Source of the DNA: Azolla caroliniana
Lineage: Eukaryota; Plantae; Polypodiophyta
Reading direction: 5' to 3'
DNA length: 64,000 bases
Assembly (NCBI GenBank): GCA_043228905.1
Contig: JBHGNT010000001.1
Location: 31,000,001 to 31,064,000, forward strand
In this document: one piece after another, positions 1-12,479 of the stretch
How the letters are laid out: the number at the start of each line of letters is the position of its first letter
Numbering within the stretch: the stretch's first letter is position 1
Notes under the pieces: model-generated
Told to the model about the DNA's origin: nothing
The model's input: the letters and a program-made list of their open reading frames with translations, nothing else
The model's database searches: none
Position numbers and translations under genes: made by a program

Positions 1-1160
1 TCCTCTAGCCTTTGTAGCACCTTCTCGCAGTCGTCGATGTGTGTTGCTACGAATCGCCGGCATCCGTCCGGCCCGAGTGTCTCGTCCTTCTCTTCCACCG
101 GGCACCCCTTTATGGGGATGTCGTCTAGAAACGGCATGGTGATGTCCGGGATGCAATCCCTCAGTACTTTGTTCATTGCATTCACCATGTGGGCCACCGA
201 GTTGGTCCCTCCTTGTGGCAGGGTACACATTCGCACTAGGCCGAGGGGAGTTCGCATCGTCATAATGTCTCTGCTCTCCACGGCTAGCTGGAACTGGTCG
301 TACCCCGAGTACAGATCACCGACCGAGTAAATCGACCTTCCGGCGAAGGCCTCCGCGAACTCGTCTATGGTCGGTCCGATTCCTACGTTCCGGATGGTCA
401 CTCTGTTGACCGGCTGCAGGTCCTGAATGAAGCGCAATGTTCCGTTTTTCTTTGGTACGGTAAACCATCGGTTCGAGTATGGCGCGCTCGACGGTTCGAG
501 AATACCCATATCGACTTTCTGCCTCAATAGCTCCATCAACTTCGGGATGTGAGCTCTCGGTACTGGAATCGGCTTGAGATTCCACGGTACATGCGGTATC
601 GTGAATATCACCATCGGCTCCACGATCGTCGGGTCTACGCACCCGATCTCTTCCGGTGAGAATGCAAAGGCTTTCCCGTGCCTTCCGAGCATTCTCCGAA
701 ACCGGTCTTCTTCCGCCGGCAGTAGGAACCCGCCCCCACCGATTTTGAGCTCCCGGAGTGTTCCGTCGGTGAAGGTGTGTCCTATGCAGGCCGGATCTCG
801 TAAACTGGGGTCCGACGCAACCCCTCTGATCCGGGACTCGCTGCCCTCCGGTAAGGGTGCCGCGACTGGCCTTACCTTCCGGTCCACAACCTTGTACTTT
901 GTGCTAACTCGGGCCGTCCGATCCGACCCGAGCCCCCGACTGAAGTTCGTGATGACTTCGTACATCTCTTCGGAACATACCGGTATCGTCCGGTCTTCGT
1001 TAAGGTCTTCTCCGGCTACCTTCCTCAGCATTCCCAAGGTGTCATCGAAGGAGACCGCCTCCACGGCTCCGCTGATTTCCTCGTCCGGGCCGAGAACTCC
1101 GCACGCTCGAAGTCGCACTTCCGCCCTTGTCTTTTCTCGGCCGACGGTGCCGACTATCAT
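1..1160 (-). CDS. pol: Pol ORF2 N-terminal part (reverse transcriptase) of element A, cut by window edge
   Basis: Reverse complement matches the ORF at 49502 (PWNLKPIPVP, LRFIQDLQPVN, PFLDD); ATG at 1160. Confidence 0.9.
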   Translation of the reverse strand, partial: MIVGTVGREKTRAEVRLRACGVLGPDEEISGAVEAVSFDDTLGMLRKVAGEDLNEDRTIPVCSEEMYEVITNFSRGLGSDRTARVSTKYKVVDRKVRPVAAPLPEGSESRIRGVASDPSLRDPACIGHTFTDGTLRELKIGGGGFLLPAEEDRFRRMLGRHGKAFAFSPEEIGCVDPTIVEPMVIFTIPHVPWNLKPIPVPRAHIPKLMELLRQKVDMGILEPSSAPYSNRWFTVPKKNGTLRFIQDLQPVNRVTIRNVGIGPTIDEFAEAFAGRSIYSVGDLYSGYDQFQLAVESRDIMTMRTPLGLVRMCTLPQGGTNSVAHMVNAMNKVLRDCIPDITMPFLDDIPIKGCPVEEKDETLGPDGCRRFVATHIDDCEKVLQRLE

Positions 1161-1264
1161 ACACCCTCCATTGTCGGAGAAGCAAAATCCTCTACCTATC
1201 GTACAGTCGTGGGGTCTTTTCTGAGTGTCCGGGCTGTCTCGGCCCCACGCCTTGGTAGCCCTCT

Positions 1265-3390
1265 CTAAAAATCCTCCCGGCTCTCGCCACCGAGGGATTC
1301 GCGGTTTCTCTCGTGGTTCGGCCGCACCGTCAGAAATTGCACCGAATGGCGCCCGTCCTGGCTTTTGACCCTCGCGTAGGCCGAACCGTTGTCCAACACC
1401 TTGGTCTCCATTCTCGCCGCCGTGATGTATGGTTCCCCTAATATGACCGGATGCGAGGACGTCTCCTGCACGAAGAAGTGCTGGTCAATCTCGACGTCGC
1501 CGATCTTTACTCGCACATTCGGGCAGGCCCCGTGCAGTTCCTCGGTGGCGCGCGTCGCCGCCCGTATCTTCCACCCGTGCCTGGTGTTGATCGGCCATTT
1601 TCCCTTCTTATAGAAGTCCATGGACATTAGGTTTATTTCCGAACCGTGGTCCACCAACGCCACCACCGGTTCCTGAACACCTCCGATTTTTACCGGGGTC
1701 TTCGTGGTCGCTCGGGCCCAGTGCGGCCTTGAATAGTGGCTCTCCGCCCACTCATCTTCCAGCGCCGAGTCGTCGATGTGCGTCGTCCGCACTTCCACTG
1801 GTCTTTCCGGTTCCGTCTCCATCGACAGTCTCTTCCGTTTCACCAAGTCTACAATGGAGTCGTGGAACTCCTTCTTGGCGATCCCTAGCACCTCCCGTAA
1901 TGACAGCTCCACTTTGCTGTCGAGGATCCGTTCTTCTTGGACCTTTCGTAGGTCCGTAGTCCTTTCTATTTCTGTCCCCAGTCGGTACCCGCCCTTCCTG
2001 GGGTTATCTTGCGGGCCGGGCCCACCGGCATCGTTCCGTCGTTGCCCGAATCGGGTCTCGTACCGTTGTGAGGGCCCGGCCGCCCCGACTTTCCCCACTC
2101 GTTTTTCTTCTACCAGAGCCTCGTAGTTCCGGCAAGCGGCTTCTACGAAGCCCGTCTTCTCCTCGACCGGATCGCTCCACCCGGTTATTTCCCGGACCCG
2201 TTTCTCAGCGCGGTCCGTTTCATCTTTCCTCAGCCGCGCGCCGGCGAGGCCTTCCAGCATTGCCGACCAGAAACCGTCTTTACTCTCCTTTCGGGCCTCG
2301 CTGCCCCTGACCCGAATACCGGCTGACGCCGAGTAGTGGATGGCCTCCACGTGTCGGGCTGCTGCCTCTTCCATCAGTCTCTTCATACCTCCTCGCCCGT
2401 CGTTTCGGCTCAGGGCCCTCATGGTGTCGCCAACGTGCACCCGACCTTCCCACAGGTATACCACCCGGTTTCTCAACGCCTCTGCGAAATCGCCGCAGTC
2501 CTTCCGAATGTGGCCGACCTCGTCGCACCACATGCACTTGCTCCCCGCTGCCGGCCGTCGGTCACGAGCCGGTTCGCCGCCTTCCCTTCGAGTCTAGGCG
2601 ATCTGGAGATCCTTTATCGCCCGCGTCAACTCCTCTAGCGCTGCTCCTCCGGACGAGCCATTGACCATGCTGGTCGAAGCCAGACCGGTTTCGAGCCATT
2701 CCCGGGTTTCTTCCCTTCGCACTTGCGGTGCCGGTTCAAGCCTCCTTGCTGTAACAGAGCCCGCACCGGCCGCCCCGTTGTCAGCCCATTCTCGCCGTTT
2801 GTCGAAACGGCCACAGACTCTCTTAACCGCAGCCCAGTCGGTTGTCAGCCCGTCTTCAGTTTCCAACAGGGAGCCGACTTGATCCCGATCCCGCTCGTCC
2901 ACCGACTTGACGAACAGTAGGACCTGGCTCGTATCCAGAATGGTTCGGTCAAGCGCCGAAAGGCGCGCAAAGTGTTCTTCGAACTCCCGGAGGAGTGCCG
3001 ACGCGTTTCTTCCTTTGCCGGGGGACTCCACCCATTCCATGAAGTCCCGTTTCGAAAGCCGGAGCGCGTAGTCCAGCCCATATTTCTCTAGGAGTCGGCT
3101 TCGAACTCCTCCCAGGTACGGCTCTCCGCCCGTACCTCGAGCACCTCCGCATGGATGCTCGGCATCGCCACTCGAGGGAACCCGGCAAGACGCCTCTCTT
3201 CCGAGATGTCCCGCATCAGCATTTCCGCCCCGTAGGACGCCAAATACTTCGTAGCATCCTTTCCGCTGAAACGGCCGATCGTACCGACGACCGCCTCAAT
3301 GGCTCTGTCGAGGGCACCGGTGCCCTCGCGTGTGGTCAATATCCGATCCACGGCCGAAGCCATGGCCTCTGCAAGATCCGACCCCCTCAT
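1265..3390 (-). pseudogene. gag: Gag-protease ORF1 of element A, disrupted
   Basis: ORF pieces 3088-3390, 2594-3040 and 1265-2533; CCHC knuckle CMWCDEVGHIRKDC; protease ALVDHGSEINLM; frameshift near 3100 and stop at 2594. Confidence 0.9.
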
Positions 3391-3412
3391 CTTCTGCTCT
3401 TCTGCCGCCTCT

Positions 3413-3430
3413 TTCACGTCGGGTTCACCA
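3413..3430 (-). promoter_or_regulatory. PBS complementary to the 3' end of tRNA-Trp
   Basis: TGGTGAACCCGACGTGAA 4 nt after the LTR; matches the plant tRNA-Trp 3' end TTCACGTCGGGTTCACCA (recalled). Same motif at 18797, 22750, 30250, 35897, 46363 and 47213. Confidence 0.85.
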
Positions 3431-3434
3431 AATA

Positions 3435-3500
3435 TGTCGAGGTATTCCTCGCGGATGCGTGGAGTGAGGCGGGACCTCGGGGGTCCTGTACCGAAGAGTA

Positions 3501-3543
<43 letters not shown>

Positions 3544-4099
3544 CCCACTACGTGCGAGCGTAGATTCACAGGGACACGGCCCTTCGACGCAAAGACGCGA
3601 GTGGGATAGCGACACAGAAAGACACGAAAGTATGTATGTATTGACAAGACAAACAACAAGAACACGAAGACAACAAAACACGAAGTCGGTTACAACCGAA
3701 CAGGCCGGCGAACAGATGCTGATACCTGTTCGTAAACGCACAGAGGGGAATGAGTAGGTTGGAGGTGCTGCCGGAAGCACTCGGGCATTCCTCAGAGCAG
3801 CGCGGGCCTCCCGAAACCTGCACAGAAGGAAGCTATGGCGTTTGCAACCAGAGAGAGAGAGAGAGAAGCCTTCGCACGCAAACCGACAGCACTTCGTCCT
3901 CGACTCTCCGCGATCCCTCGCCCCTCCTCGTCTCCCTCCTTTTATAGGCAAGGAAGGAGCCGTTTCCCCTTTACTTCCCCACCTACCGAATCTGCCTGCA
4001 TAGGATCTCCTATGTACAACATAAGGCGCACGTGCATGAAGAGACGGTTCCTACGCTCCGGTACACCGATTCCGCTTGTGGACGGTTTTCTTCACGACA
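3435..4099 (-). repeat. 5' LTR of element A (665 bp)
   Basis: TG...CA termini, TATAAAA, GA microsatellite; similar to the LTRs of F. Confidence 0.92.
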
Positions 4100-7000
4100 C
4101 CGCGTTCCAGTGCTCCTTGCCAGGATTGCTCATAAACCGGCTCACCAACCCGACTGCGTATCCTATATCCGGTCGGGTACACACCATTGCGTACATCAAG
4201 CTCCCGACGGCAGAGGCATATGGGATCTTCATCATTTCCGCCTTCTCTGCTTTTGTCTTCGGGCTTTGCTTGCCGGATAGCTTGTAGTTTGCCGGAAGTG
4301 TTGATCCGACCGGCTTCGCTTCTGACATGTTGAACCGGTGAAGCACCTTTGTCACATACTTCTCCTGTGACAGCCATAATTGCTTCGCTGACCGGTTCCG
4401 GATGATGTGCATCCCCAACATCTGTCTTGCCGGACCCAAGTCTTTCATTGAGAAGGTCCGGTTGAGAGCCTTCTTCAGCATCCGTCTTTTGACTTGGTCC
4501 CTTCCGACGATCAACATGTCATCCACATACAGGAGGAGTATCAAGAAGTCGCCTCCTTCGAACTTCTTCACAAACACACAGTGATCGGCCTGCGTCTTGT
4601 AGTACCCTTGATCGGTCATGAAGGAGTCGAACTTCCGGTACCATTGTCGGGGAGCCTGCTTTAGTCCGTACAGGCTCTTCTTCAACCGGCATACCAGGTG
4701 CTCCTTCCCTTTCTCCACGAATCCTTCCGGTTGCTGCATGTAGATCTCCTCTTCGAGGTCGCCGTGAAGGAATGTCGTCTTCACGTCCAGCTCCTCTACC
4801 TCAAGGTCCATGCTTGCTGTGATACTCAGCACCGTCCGGATGGAGGTCATCTTTACTACCGGGGCAAATATCTCGTCGAAGTCCACGCCCTTCTTCTGCT
4901 GGAACCCCTTCACCACGATCCTGGCTTTGTATCTCGGGGGGTTGCCGGCATCTCCCGGTTTCAACTTGTACACCCACTTGTTTCGGACTGCCCGCTTTCC
5001 TTTCGGCAACTCCACCAATTCGTATGTATGGTTCTCATGCAGGGAATCCATCTCGTCCTGCATGGCACTTAACCATTTTCGGCTGTGGGTGTCTTCCTTC
5101 ATTTCTTCGAAGCTTTCCGGCTCCCCCTCATCGGTCAGCAGAACATGCTCTGCATCCGGAAATCTCCGGGGGGCCCTTCTCTCTCTGAGAGGATATCTCC
5201 GTTTTCGGGCTTCGGTAACCGACTCCTCCATTTGCTCTTTATCCGAATCCAATTCGGGGTCTTGGCCGGTTCCGGTCTCAGCTTCCTCTACCTCTTCTTC
5301 TGCCGGTTCGGTATCCTCACCGTAACCGGCTGGTTCCTCGAGTGCTAACCGGTCTCTTTCCGGTTGGGTCTGCTCATCGTAGAGTCTATCCTTACCGGTC
5401 GACTCGGAGTTCATTATCTTCTTCTCCGACTCCCAGTCGGCGAGGGTCTTGTTCTCCATGAAGATAATATCTCGACTCCGGAATACCTTCTTGTCGACCA
5501 GGTCCCACACTCAGTAGCCGAACTCATCGTCACCGTAACCTAGGAATATGCATGGCCGGGTCTTTGGATCTAACTTTCCTCTCCGGTCCTTAGCTACATG
5601 CACGTACACGAGACACCCGAACACCTTCAGATGCCGGTAGGATACTTCCTTACCGGTCCAAACTCTCTGTGGCGTGTCTTCGTCCAAGGGTACTGAGGGT
5701 GATCTATTTATCACGTATGTCGCCGTCGACAGTGCCTCAGCCCAAAACTTCTTGGGTAGTTTTGCATGCGCTAGCATACTCCGAACCCTCTCCATTATGG
5801 TCCGGTTCATCCTCTTGGCCAGCCTGTTTAGTTCCGGCGTCTTCGGCACGGTAAATTCGAGCCAGATTCCCTTCAAGCGGCAGTACTCCTCGAATTGCCC
5901 CCGGTATTCTCCTCCGTTATGTGCTCGAACCGCCTTCAGCTTCCGGCCGGTTTCTCTTTCCACTCTCGCGTGGAGCTCTTTGAACACGGATAACACCTGA
6001 TCCTTCGTCTTCAACGGTGTGGCCCACAGCTTCCGGCTGTGGTCATCTATGAACGTCACGAAGTACTGCGCTCCGGCATGTGACTTCGTGTCTACCTGAC
6101 ACACATCCGTATGCACCAACTCCAGTGGTGCATTACGTCTCATCGGTGGCCTTGGTCGGAAGGAGGTCCGGTTCTGCTTACCGGCCAGACAATCAGTGCA
6201 CTTCTGTAAGTGCACGTTCTTCATTGGAATGAGGTTGTCGTCTTCAAGCCTCTTCATCCCCTTCTCGCTCATATGACACAGCCTCTTGTGCCATAGCTCA
6301 CCGGCAGTGTCAGATGCCACGTTCACTTCTTCCGGACATAACCGGGCATTCATCAGGTACAACGTGTTGACCTTCCGGGCCCGAGCCACAATCAGGCTCC
6401 CTTTGCTGAACTTCATGACACCGTTCCAGATGCTACCCGTGTAGCCTTCATCATCTAGCCGACCGGCTGATATCAGGTTCAGACGAACCTCCGGAACGTG
6501 TCGGACATCCTTCAGCAGCAACTTGCATCCGGTTGGTGTTGACAGCCACACGTCTCCTATGCCGACAATTCAGCATGTACCTTCATTCCCCATCCGGACA
6601 CAGCCGTGGTCACCGGCTGAGTAGGATGAGAAGCATTTCCGGTCCGGGGTAAGGTGGAACGATGCTCCGGAGTCTACCACCCAGGTCATCTCGTCGCCGG
6701 CAAGGTTTATTTCACTCTCCTCGGTGATGAGCATCAACTCTTCTTCACTTGCCGTGATTGCCGTCGTTCCCTTCCGGTCCGGCCCCCTCCGGTCTTTACC
6801 GTTCCGGTCCGAGGTTTGCTTCGAATCGGTACCGTCGGTTTCCTTGTCTTTACGGAAATGCCGACAGTTCTTTTGGAAGTGTCCCGGCTTGCCGCAATAG
6901 AAGCAAGTAGGCCTCCCCCTTGACTTTGACCGTGTGCCCGACTTCTCCCGGTTCTGGGGACTACGGTTTCTATGTCTTCCGCGTTCCGATTCGGTAAGAA

Positions 7001-7598
7001 GCGCTTTGGAGTTGGAGCTCATATCTTTGTCTTTCCAACGCGCCTCCTCATCTAGCAAGCTCGACTTTACTCTTGCTAGGGATAACCGTTTTCCTTCCGG
7101 CCCGGCGTTGCCCAAAGTGACAACCAACGTCTCCCAGCTATCCGGGAGGGAACCGAGCAGGAGTAGCGCTAGTACCTCATCGGCAAGAGGTACTTCCAAT
7201 GACGTTGCCTGGTGTATCAGCCCCTGGAAGGCATTCATATGCTCCGCCATGCTGGAGCCATCTTGGTACCGGAGTCTTATTAGCTTCCGGAATACCGAAA
7301 CCTGATTAACAACATTTTTGTTTTGAAACATTATGACGATCTTCTCCCAGAGCTCATGAGCCTTGCTCTCTTCATTGAAGTTGTTGTACAGGCTCATGTC
7401 GATGAAGCACCGTATGTACGTCGTTGTCTTCATGTGCATTGCCTCCCATATCGCGGCGTCGATTTTGTCCGGTCTCTTGTCCCCGAACTGAACCGGCAGC
7501 CAGAGGTCTTTAACAACGAGCATGTCCCTCATCTTCGACTTCCACACTGAATAGTTGGAGCCGGTGAGCTTGAACATGCCGCCAAACGATTCGTCCAT
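4100..7598 (-). pseudogene. Copia gag-pol polyprotein with two in-frame TGA stops (6570, 5511)
   Basis: Three same-frame ORFs; CFYCGKPGHFQKNC, WVVDSGAS, LWHKRLCH...CTDC, FIDDHSR, YKARIVVKGF, LYGLKQAPRQW, LYVDDML. Confidence 0.93.
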
Positions 7599-7615
7599 TT
7601 TCTGTGTCGAACCTC

Positions 7616-7627
7616 GCTCTGATACCA
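7616..7627 (-). promoter_or_regulatory. PBS for tRNA-iMet
   Basis: TGGTATCAGAGC 2 nt after the LTR end. Confidence 0.95.
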
Positions 7628-7629
7628 CT

Positions 7630-8402
7630 TGACGGGAACCCAACGTTCCTTATGCGCAAGGCTCGGCCACAACCGAGCTTAGAATGATACACAGAAAACG
7701 GGAAATAAAGCGTGACACAAAGAAGGAGAGAATACACAGGAGGTTTACGTGGAAAACCCCAAACTAGGGGAAAAACCACGGCAGCCCACAGGCTGCAAAC
7801 TGTCACTATGTAAGAATGTACAAAATAGTGAGTTCACGGATGCAACGACCTCGGACTCACGAATCTTCGCCACAGGCGGCGGTTACAACAGAGGCAACGG
7901 CCTCTCTCTCTCTCTCTCTCTCTCTCTGTACAGTTACGCACACTAATCTCGTGCAAAGCAGAAAAATAACAACAACAACAACAGTTCCTAAAAGTTTGCC
8001 CTAAGTCATATTTATACTAATATGACTTTTTGGCTATTTACAAATGTAGCCTCGATGGGCTCTCAGAAACATATTTACGAATATGTCTCTTCATCCGGTT
8101 CATACCGGGCCTGCACCATCTGGCTCTCCGTAGCCGGATACTCTTCATCCGGTTCATACCGGGCCTGCACCATCCGGCTCTCCGTAGCCGGGTACTCCTC
8201 ATCTGGTTCACACCGGGCCTGCACCATCCGGCTCTCCATAGCCGGGTACTCCTCATCCGGTTCACGCCGGGCCTGCACCATCCGGCTCTCCGTAGCCGGG
8301 TACTCCTCATCCGGTTTCGGCCTCGGCCTATCGGCCTCGGCCGAGTTTGTTCATCGGCACTGTTCTTCTTCCTTCCCATTCGGAGGGACCTGTCTCCCAA
8401 CA
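7630..8402 (-). repeat. 5' LTR of copia B (773 bp)
   Basis: Minus TGTTGGGAGACAGG...TTCCCGTCA; homologous to solo LTR 11288-11989. Confidence 0.93.
8088..8315. repeat. 57-bp tandem repeat (about 4 units) in the copia U3 region
   Basis: Unit CTCATCCGGTTCAYRCCGGGCCTGCACCATCCGGCTCTCCGTAGCCGGGTACTC; about 3 units in the solo LTR. Confidence 0.9.
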
Positions 8403-8465
8403 TGGTTGTCATCTTTGCCACTGGGGCAAAGGTCTCTTCATAATAGGCCTCGGATGTCTACGCGT

Positions 8466-9420
8466 TGTAATGAGGATTTTCGACAACGGTGAGAAACCCG
8501 GGTGGAACGGGCAAGGTTGGCTATGTGCAACATTGCACATGTACATTAAGAAAAATGTAAATAGAAATAAAGGGAAATTGTAAGGGTGTTAAAGTGCACG
8601 GGAGTTAGTGAGGAATAAGTGTCAATTGTACATTAGTTCACTTGCATACGTAGTGGGGGTGTGAAAGTGAGGGTGTTTAATGTACCTCTTTGGAAATCAA
8701 GGCAAATATATCCTCTGAAAAAGAGGAATATTTGACCGACTTGTAATGTATCTCCCTCCTTGGATTATAAAAGGAGGGGAGAGTCTCATGTTTGGGGGTT
8801 CCCCGTTTTTTGTTTGTTTCCCCGAGTTTTGTGTTCTCTCTGCTTAGCTTACCATTGGTATGTTAAGGTTGGGGGTTCCAATTTTGTTGTAGGGTTTAGC
8901 TCGGCTCAGAGCTCATATGCTTTGAGGATCATTGTTACCCGTAGGAGTGTACGTGGAGGATCACATGTTAAAGTGGTTGTTAGTTTATGTGTAATGTATG
9001 TGAGTGTGTGAGGATGAGTATGTGTATGAACATATGCACATTTATGTGCATGTGTAACGGTCATATTATGCAACCATTACATTTGATGTACTATATAAAC
9101 CCCTTATGGGGCATGTAATGAGATATACATTTTTCCCTCTCACATTTTGTGTCATTTCTTTGTTTCTCTCTTTCTCTCCCTCCCTCTCACGTAACCCCCT
9201 TGGGAGGGGGGTCGAGTCGTTCTTGGCTTTACCCCCCACCCCATTTACATGCCCTACGACCAACCCTCCCTTGAGAAGAACTCTCTCTCTCTCTCTCTCT
9301 CCCACCCTCACTAATCTCTCTCTCCCTCTCTCTGTGTGTCTCTCTATCTCTGTTTTGTGTGTTGAGAGTCATGTGTGTGTGTTGAGAGGTAGAGAGCTCA
9401 AGTTTTGGCTCCACTGATTT
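8466..9420 (+). repeat. Decayed LTR(s) of the TGTCGTGAAGAT type; right end uncertain
   Basis: Start TGTAATGAGGATTTTCGACAACGGTGAGAAA resembles LTR starts at 13702(-) and 55355(+); TATAAAAGGAGGG at about 8766; preceded by GCGT. Confidence 0.55.
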
Positions 9421-11287
9421 GAAGCAATAAAGGAAGTGTATGCAGTTGAAGAAAGTTAAATGGATGAGGAAGATCGCCTAATGGGAGACCAAGATTTAGT
9501 GAGATTACAATCTTAGAGTTAGGTTTTTTCTGAGCTCCTGCCGAGCCGTCTTGTGTTCTCCTTTCTCTGCCTTCTTTGCAAGAAGACAAACATATGTGAT
9601 CGACAAGAAAGGCATAGTTCAACTCATCTTCAATAACCAATTCCAACTAGAAAAGCATGTGGAGGAGACCCTCAAAATCTTGTCAACCATCTTACAATGA
9701 GTTTGATTTCCTTCCGGAATGCAATAGTCAATATCCACCCCATCCTCATTTAGCATTCAGTACTGCGACAAAACCGTCACACGAATCCACGATCTTCCAT
9801 CCGTTCTTAATCCCCCTACAACATTAATGAACCTTAGCTAGCCTCTCCTTCTCGTTCCATTTTGAAGCTCTGATCCCTTGCTTTGCAATAGTCGAGAACC
9901 GCCATGGTGATGGTGGTGGAAGAAGGCCATATAATGAACTAAGCTTTGCTAGTGGATAAATCAAGGATCAGGATGCCATATGTTATTCCCCCTAGCCTTG
10001 CAATAGGAGCCCCCGAGGGACATATGGCGGTCGTGGTAAGTCCAGCCATTCCCTCAAACCAAACTATGAATATAGTTCATCAAGAATCCAGGGAAGTTCT
10101 TCAAGAAGGGGTAGACGAGTCCCTGAGGTGGGAGGTATTCCTCGGGATGTCCTTTGAGTTGGGCATATTCAAGTCATCCTACACCATGCGAAGATACCTA
10201 CTCACGTATTCAAGGAAGAGACCTTTCATATGCTCGAAATGTTCATCATGGATATGGTCCTCCTGTGTCAGATTACCTTGAATCTGTAATGGAAGCCTGT
10301 CCCACATGATGGGGGAGACAACTGAAAAGTTGAAAATTGGCCAAGAGGGTGAACGAGAGTTGGCTGGCCGGAATCAACCGAAAAGCTGAATGAGAGTCGA
10401 CTGTCATGATATGGCATGGTATGGCTCCAAAAGGATTTGAACCCATGTTCTTGTGTTACAAGAGTTGAACCTTTACCATTAAACCATGCATTATAATACA
10501 ATCATTTATTATTTCACTATAGGAAATTCATGTATATTCCACATTACTCTCGAACATTCTAGAAACTTTAGGAATACTCCTGAGAGTACTATAAATAGAG
10601 GCACATGGCATTATTCAGAACCAATTCGGTTCAACGCTAGTCTTAAGCCTCCTAGTTGTTCTTGTATCCTCTCTTCATATAATATATCATTTGTTATCAT
10701 CATTCTCTCTCTCTCTCTCTCTCCTGAGTTCCACACACTCCCTTCCTCGTAGTACTAATCCTCATCTCTAATACTAATTCCCTCTCTGTCTCAGTACTAT
10801 TCCTAACAGTTTGAACCGAAATGCCCTCATATTTATATCTCTCATTCCCTTCATACAAATCTTCTTATCCTTCCTTCCTCCAATCCTATGGCAACTGTTA
10901 GCACTCAAGAATACCAATCTGTCTTCTTGGAGCTGCAGTGCTTGAAAGAAAAGTTTATGCTAGAACAAGAAAATCAACAGTTTTTGGGGGATCTTCAACA
11001 AATGTCTCTAGAGAAGCAACAAATGCAACAACAACACGTAGAGTTGGCATTACGTGTGCAACAACGTGAAGCAACCATTGTGTTATTGCAACAATAGGGA
11101 CCAAGTACTCAAGGAATTCATAAAGAACCCAAGATTGGTCTTCCTACAAAATTCGATGCAATGGGATCACCATTCAGATTATTCCTTAATCATGTACGTT
11201 TCAAGATTCAAATGCATCCTTCCTAATATCCCACCGATGCATCACGAGTGGGACTAGCATGCACGTTGTTTAGTGGCATAACTTTGT

Positions 11288-11989
11288 TGTTGGGAGACAG
11301 GTCCCTCCAGATGGGAAGACAATGCTGATGAACAAACTCGGCCGAGGCCTGTCGGCCTCGGCCGAAACCGTATGAGGAGTACCCGGCTACAGAGAGACGG
11401 ATGGTGCAGACCCGGTGAGAACCGGATGAGGAGTACCCGGCTACGGAGAGCTGGATGGTGCAGACCCGGTGAGACCCGGATGAAGAGTACCCGGCTACGG
11501 AGAGCCGGATGGTGCAGACCCGGTGAGAACCGGATGAAGAGACATATTCGCAAATATGTTTCTGAGAGTCCATCGAGGCTATATTTGTAAATAGCCGAAA
11601 AGTCATATTAGTATAAATATGACTTAGGGCAAACTTATAGTTGTTGTCGTCATTCTTGTTGGTGAAAGAACAGAGAGAGCGCGTAACTGTGTACAGAGAG
11701 AGAGAGAGAGAGAAAGAGGTCGTTGCCTCTGTTGTAACCGCCTCCCGTGGCGAAGATCTGTGAGCACGAGGTCGTTGCCTCAGTGAACTCACTGTTGTAC
11801 ATTCTTACATAGTGATAGTTTGCAGCCTGTGGGCTGCCGTGGTTTTTTCCCCTAGTTTGGGGTTTTCCACGTAAACCTCCCGTGTATCTTCCTCTTCTTT
11901 GTGTTGCGTTTTATTTCCCGCTTTCTGTGTATCATTCTAAGCTCGGTTGCGGCCGAGCGTTGCGCATAAGGAGCGTTGAGTTCCCGTCA
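11288..11989 (+). mobile_element. Solo LTR of the copia B family
   Basis: TGTTGGGAGACAGG...TTCCCGTCA with perfect 5-bp TSD TTTGT (11283-11287 / 11990-11994). Confidence 0.97.
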
Positions 11990-12479
11990 TTTGTCATGGT
12001 TCACTCCTTTGTTAGAACAAGCATCTCCATTGTTAAATAATTTTGAGGAATTTATTAACGAGTTTAAAGCCTGTTTCGGGGACACCAATAACGTTAGGAC
12101 AACAATCAATAAAATCCGAAGATTGCATCAAGGTGATCGTCTAGCCTCAGCTTATGCTACGAATTTCCATCTACTCGCCATCGATATTCATTGGGATGAC
12201 CTAGCATTGATGGAGCAATTTCGATATGGCCTGCGAAATGATGTCAAAGATTTACTCTTGACTTTACCCGAAGAACTAAAGTCACTCACAGAGGCAATTA
12301 GTCGAGCGGTATGTTGCGATAATAGACTTTTCGAACGACGTTCGGATTGTCTGTTACAAATGCCAAGAACAAGGTCGGAGCCCACATATGCCTTAGTCGT
12401 AGCAAAACCATTTGCAAGGGAGTCATATAATGCTTCTCCAGCAAATACTCCAACTCCGATGGAAATCAACACCACACGT

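Larger units (their letters stand above)
1..4099 (-). mobile_element. Ty3/gypsy element A (Trp-PBS lineage), 5' half; runs off the window's left edge; inserted into the RT of copia B
   Basis: 5' LTR 3435-4099 (minus TGTCGTGAAG...CTCGACA), PBS, gag-pro and RT closely similar to elements E and F; outer flank CCGC at 4100-4103. Confidence 0.95.
4100..8402 (-). mobile_element. Ty1/copia element B (Tnt1/Tork-like), 5' LTR through RT; 3' part displaced by element A
   Basis: LTR 7630-8402, iMet PBS, domain order gag-PR-IN-RT; RT cut at GKEHWNAV by LTR A. Confidence 0.95.

Noticed and set aside
574-1224. Conserved antisense ORFs opposite pol/gag (also 37959-38753, 49276-50085 and many others)
   Set aside because: Shadow ORFs of GC-rich coding sequence in near-identical copies, with no domain signal
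8088-8315. CRISPR-like array or repeat protein from the 57-bp repeats
   Set aside because: Contiguous tandem units with no unique spacers, inside a copia LTR; the ORFs arise because the unit length is divisible by 3
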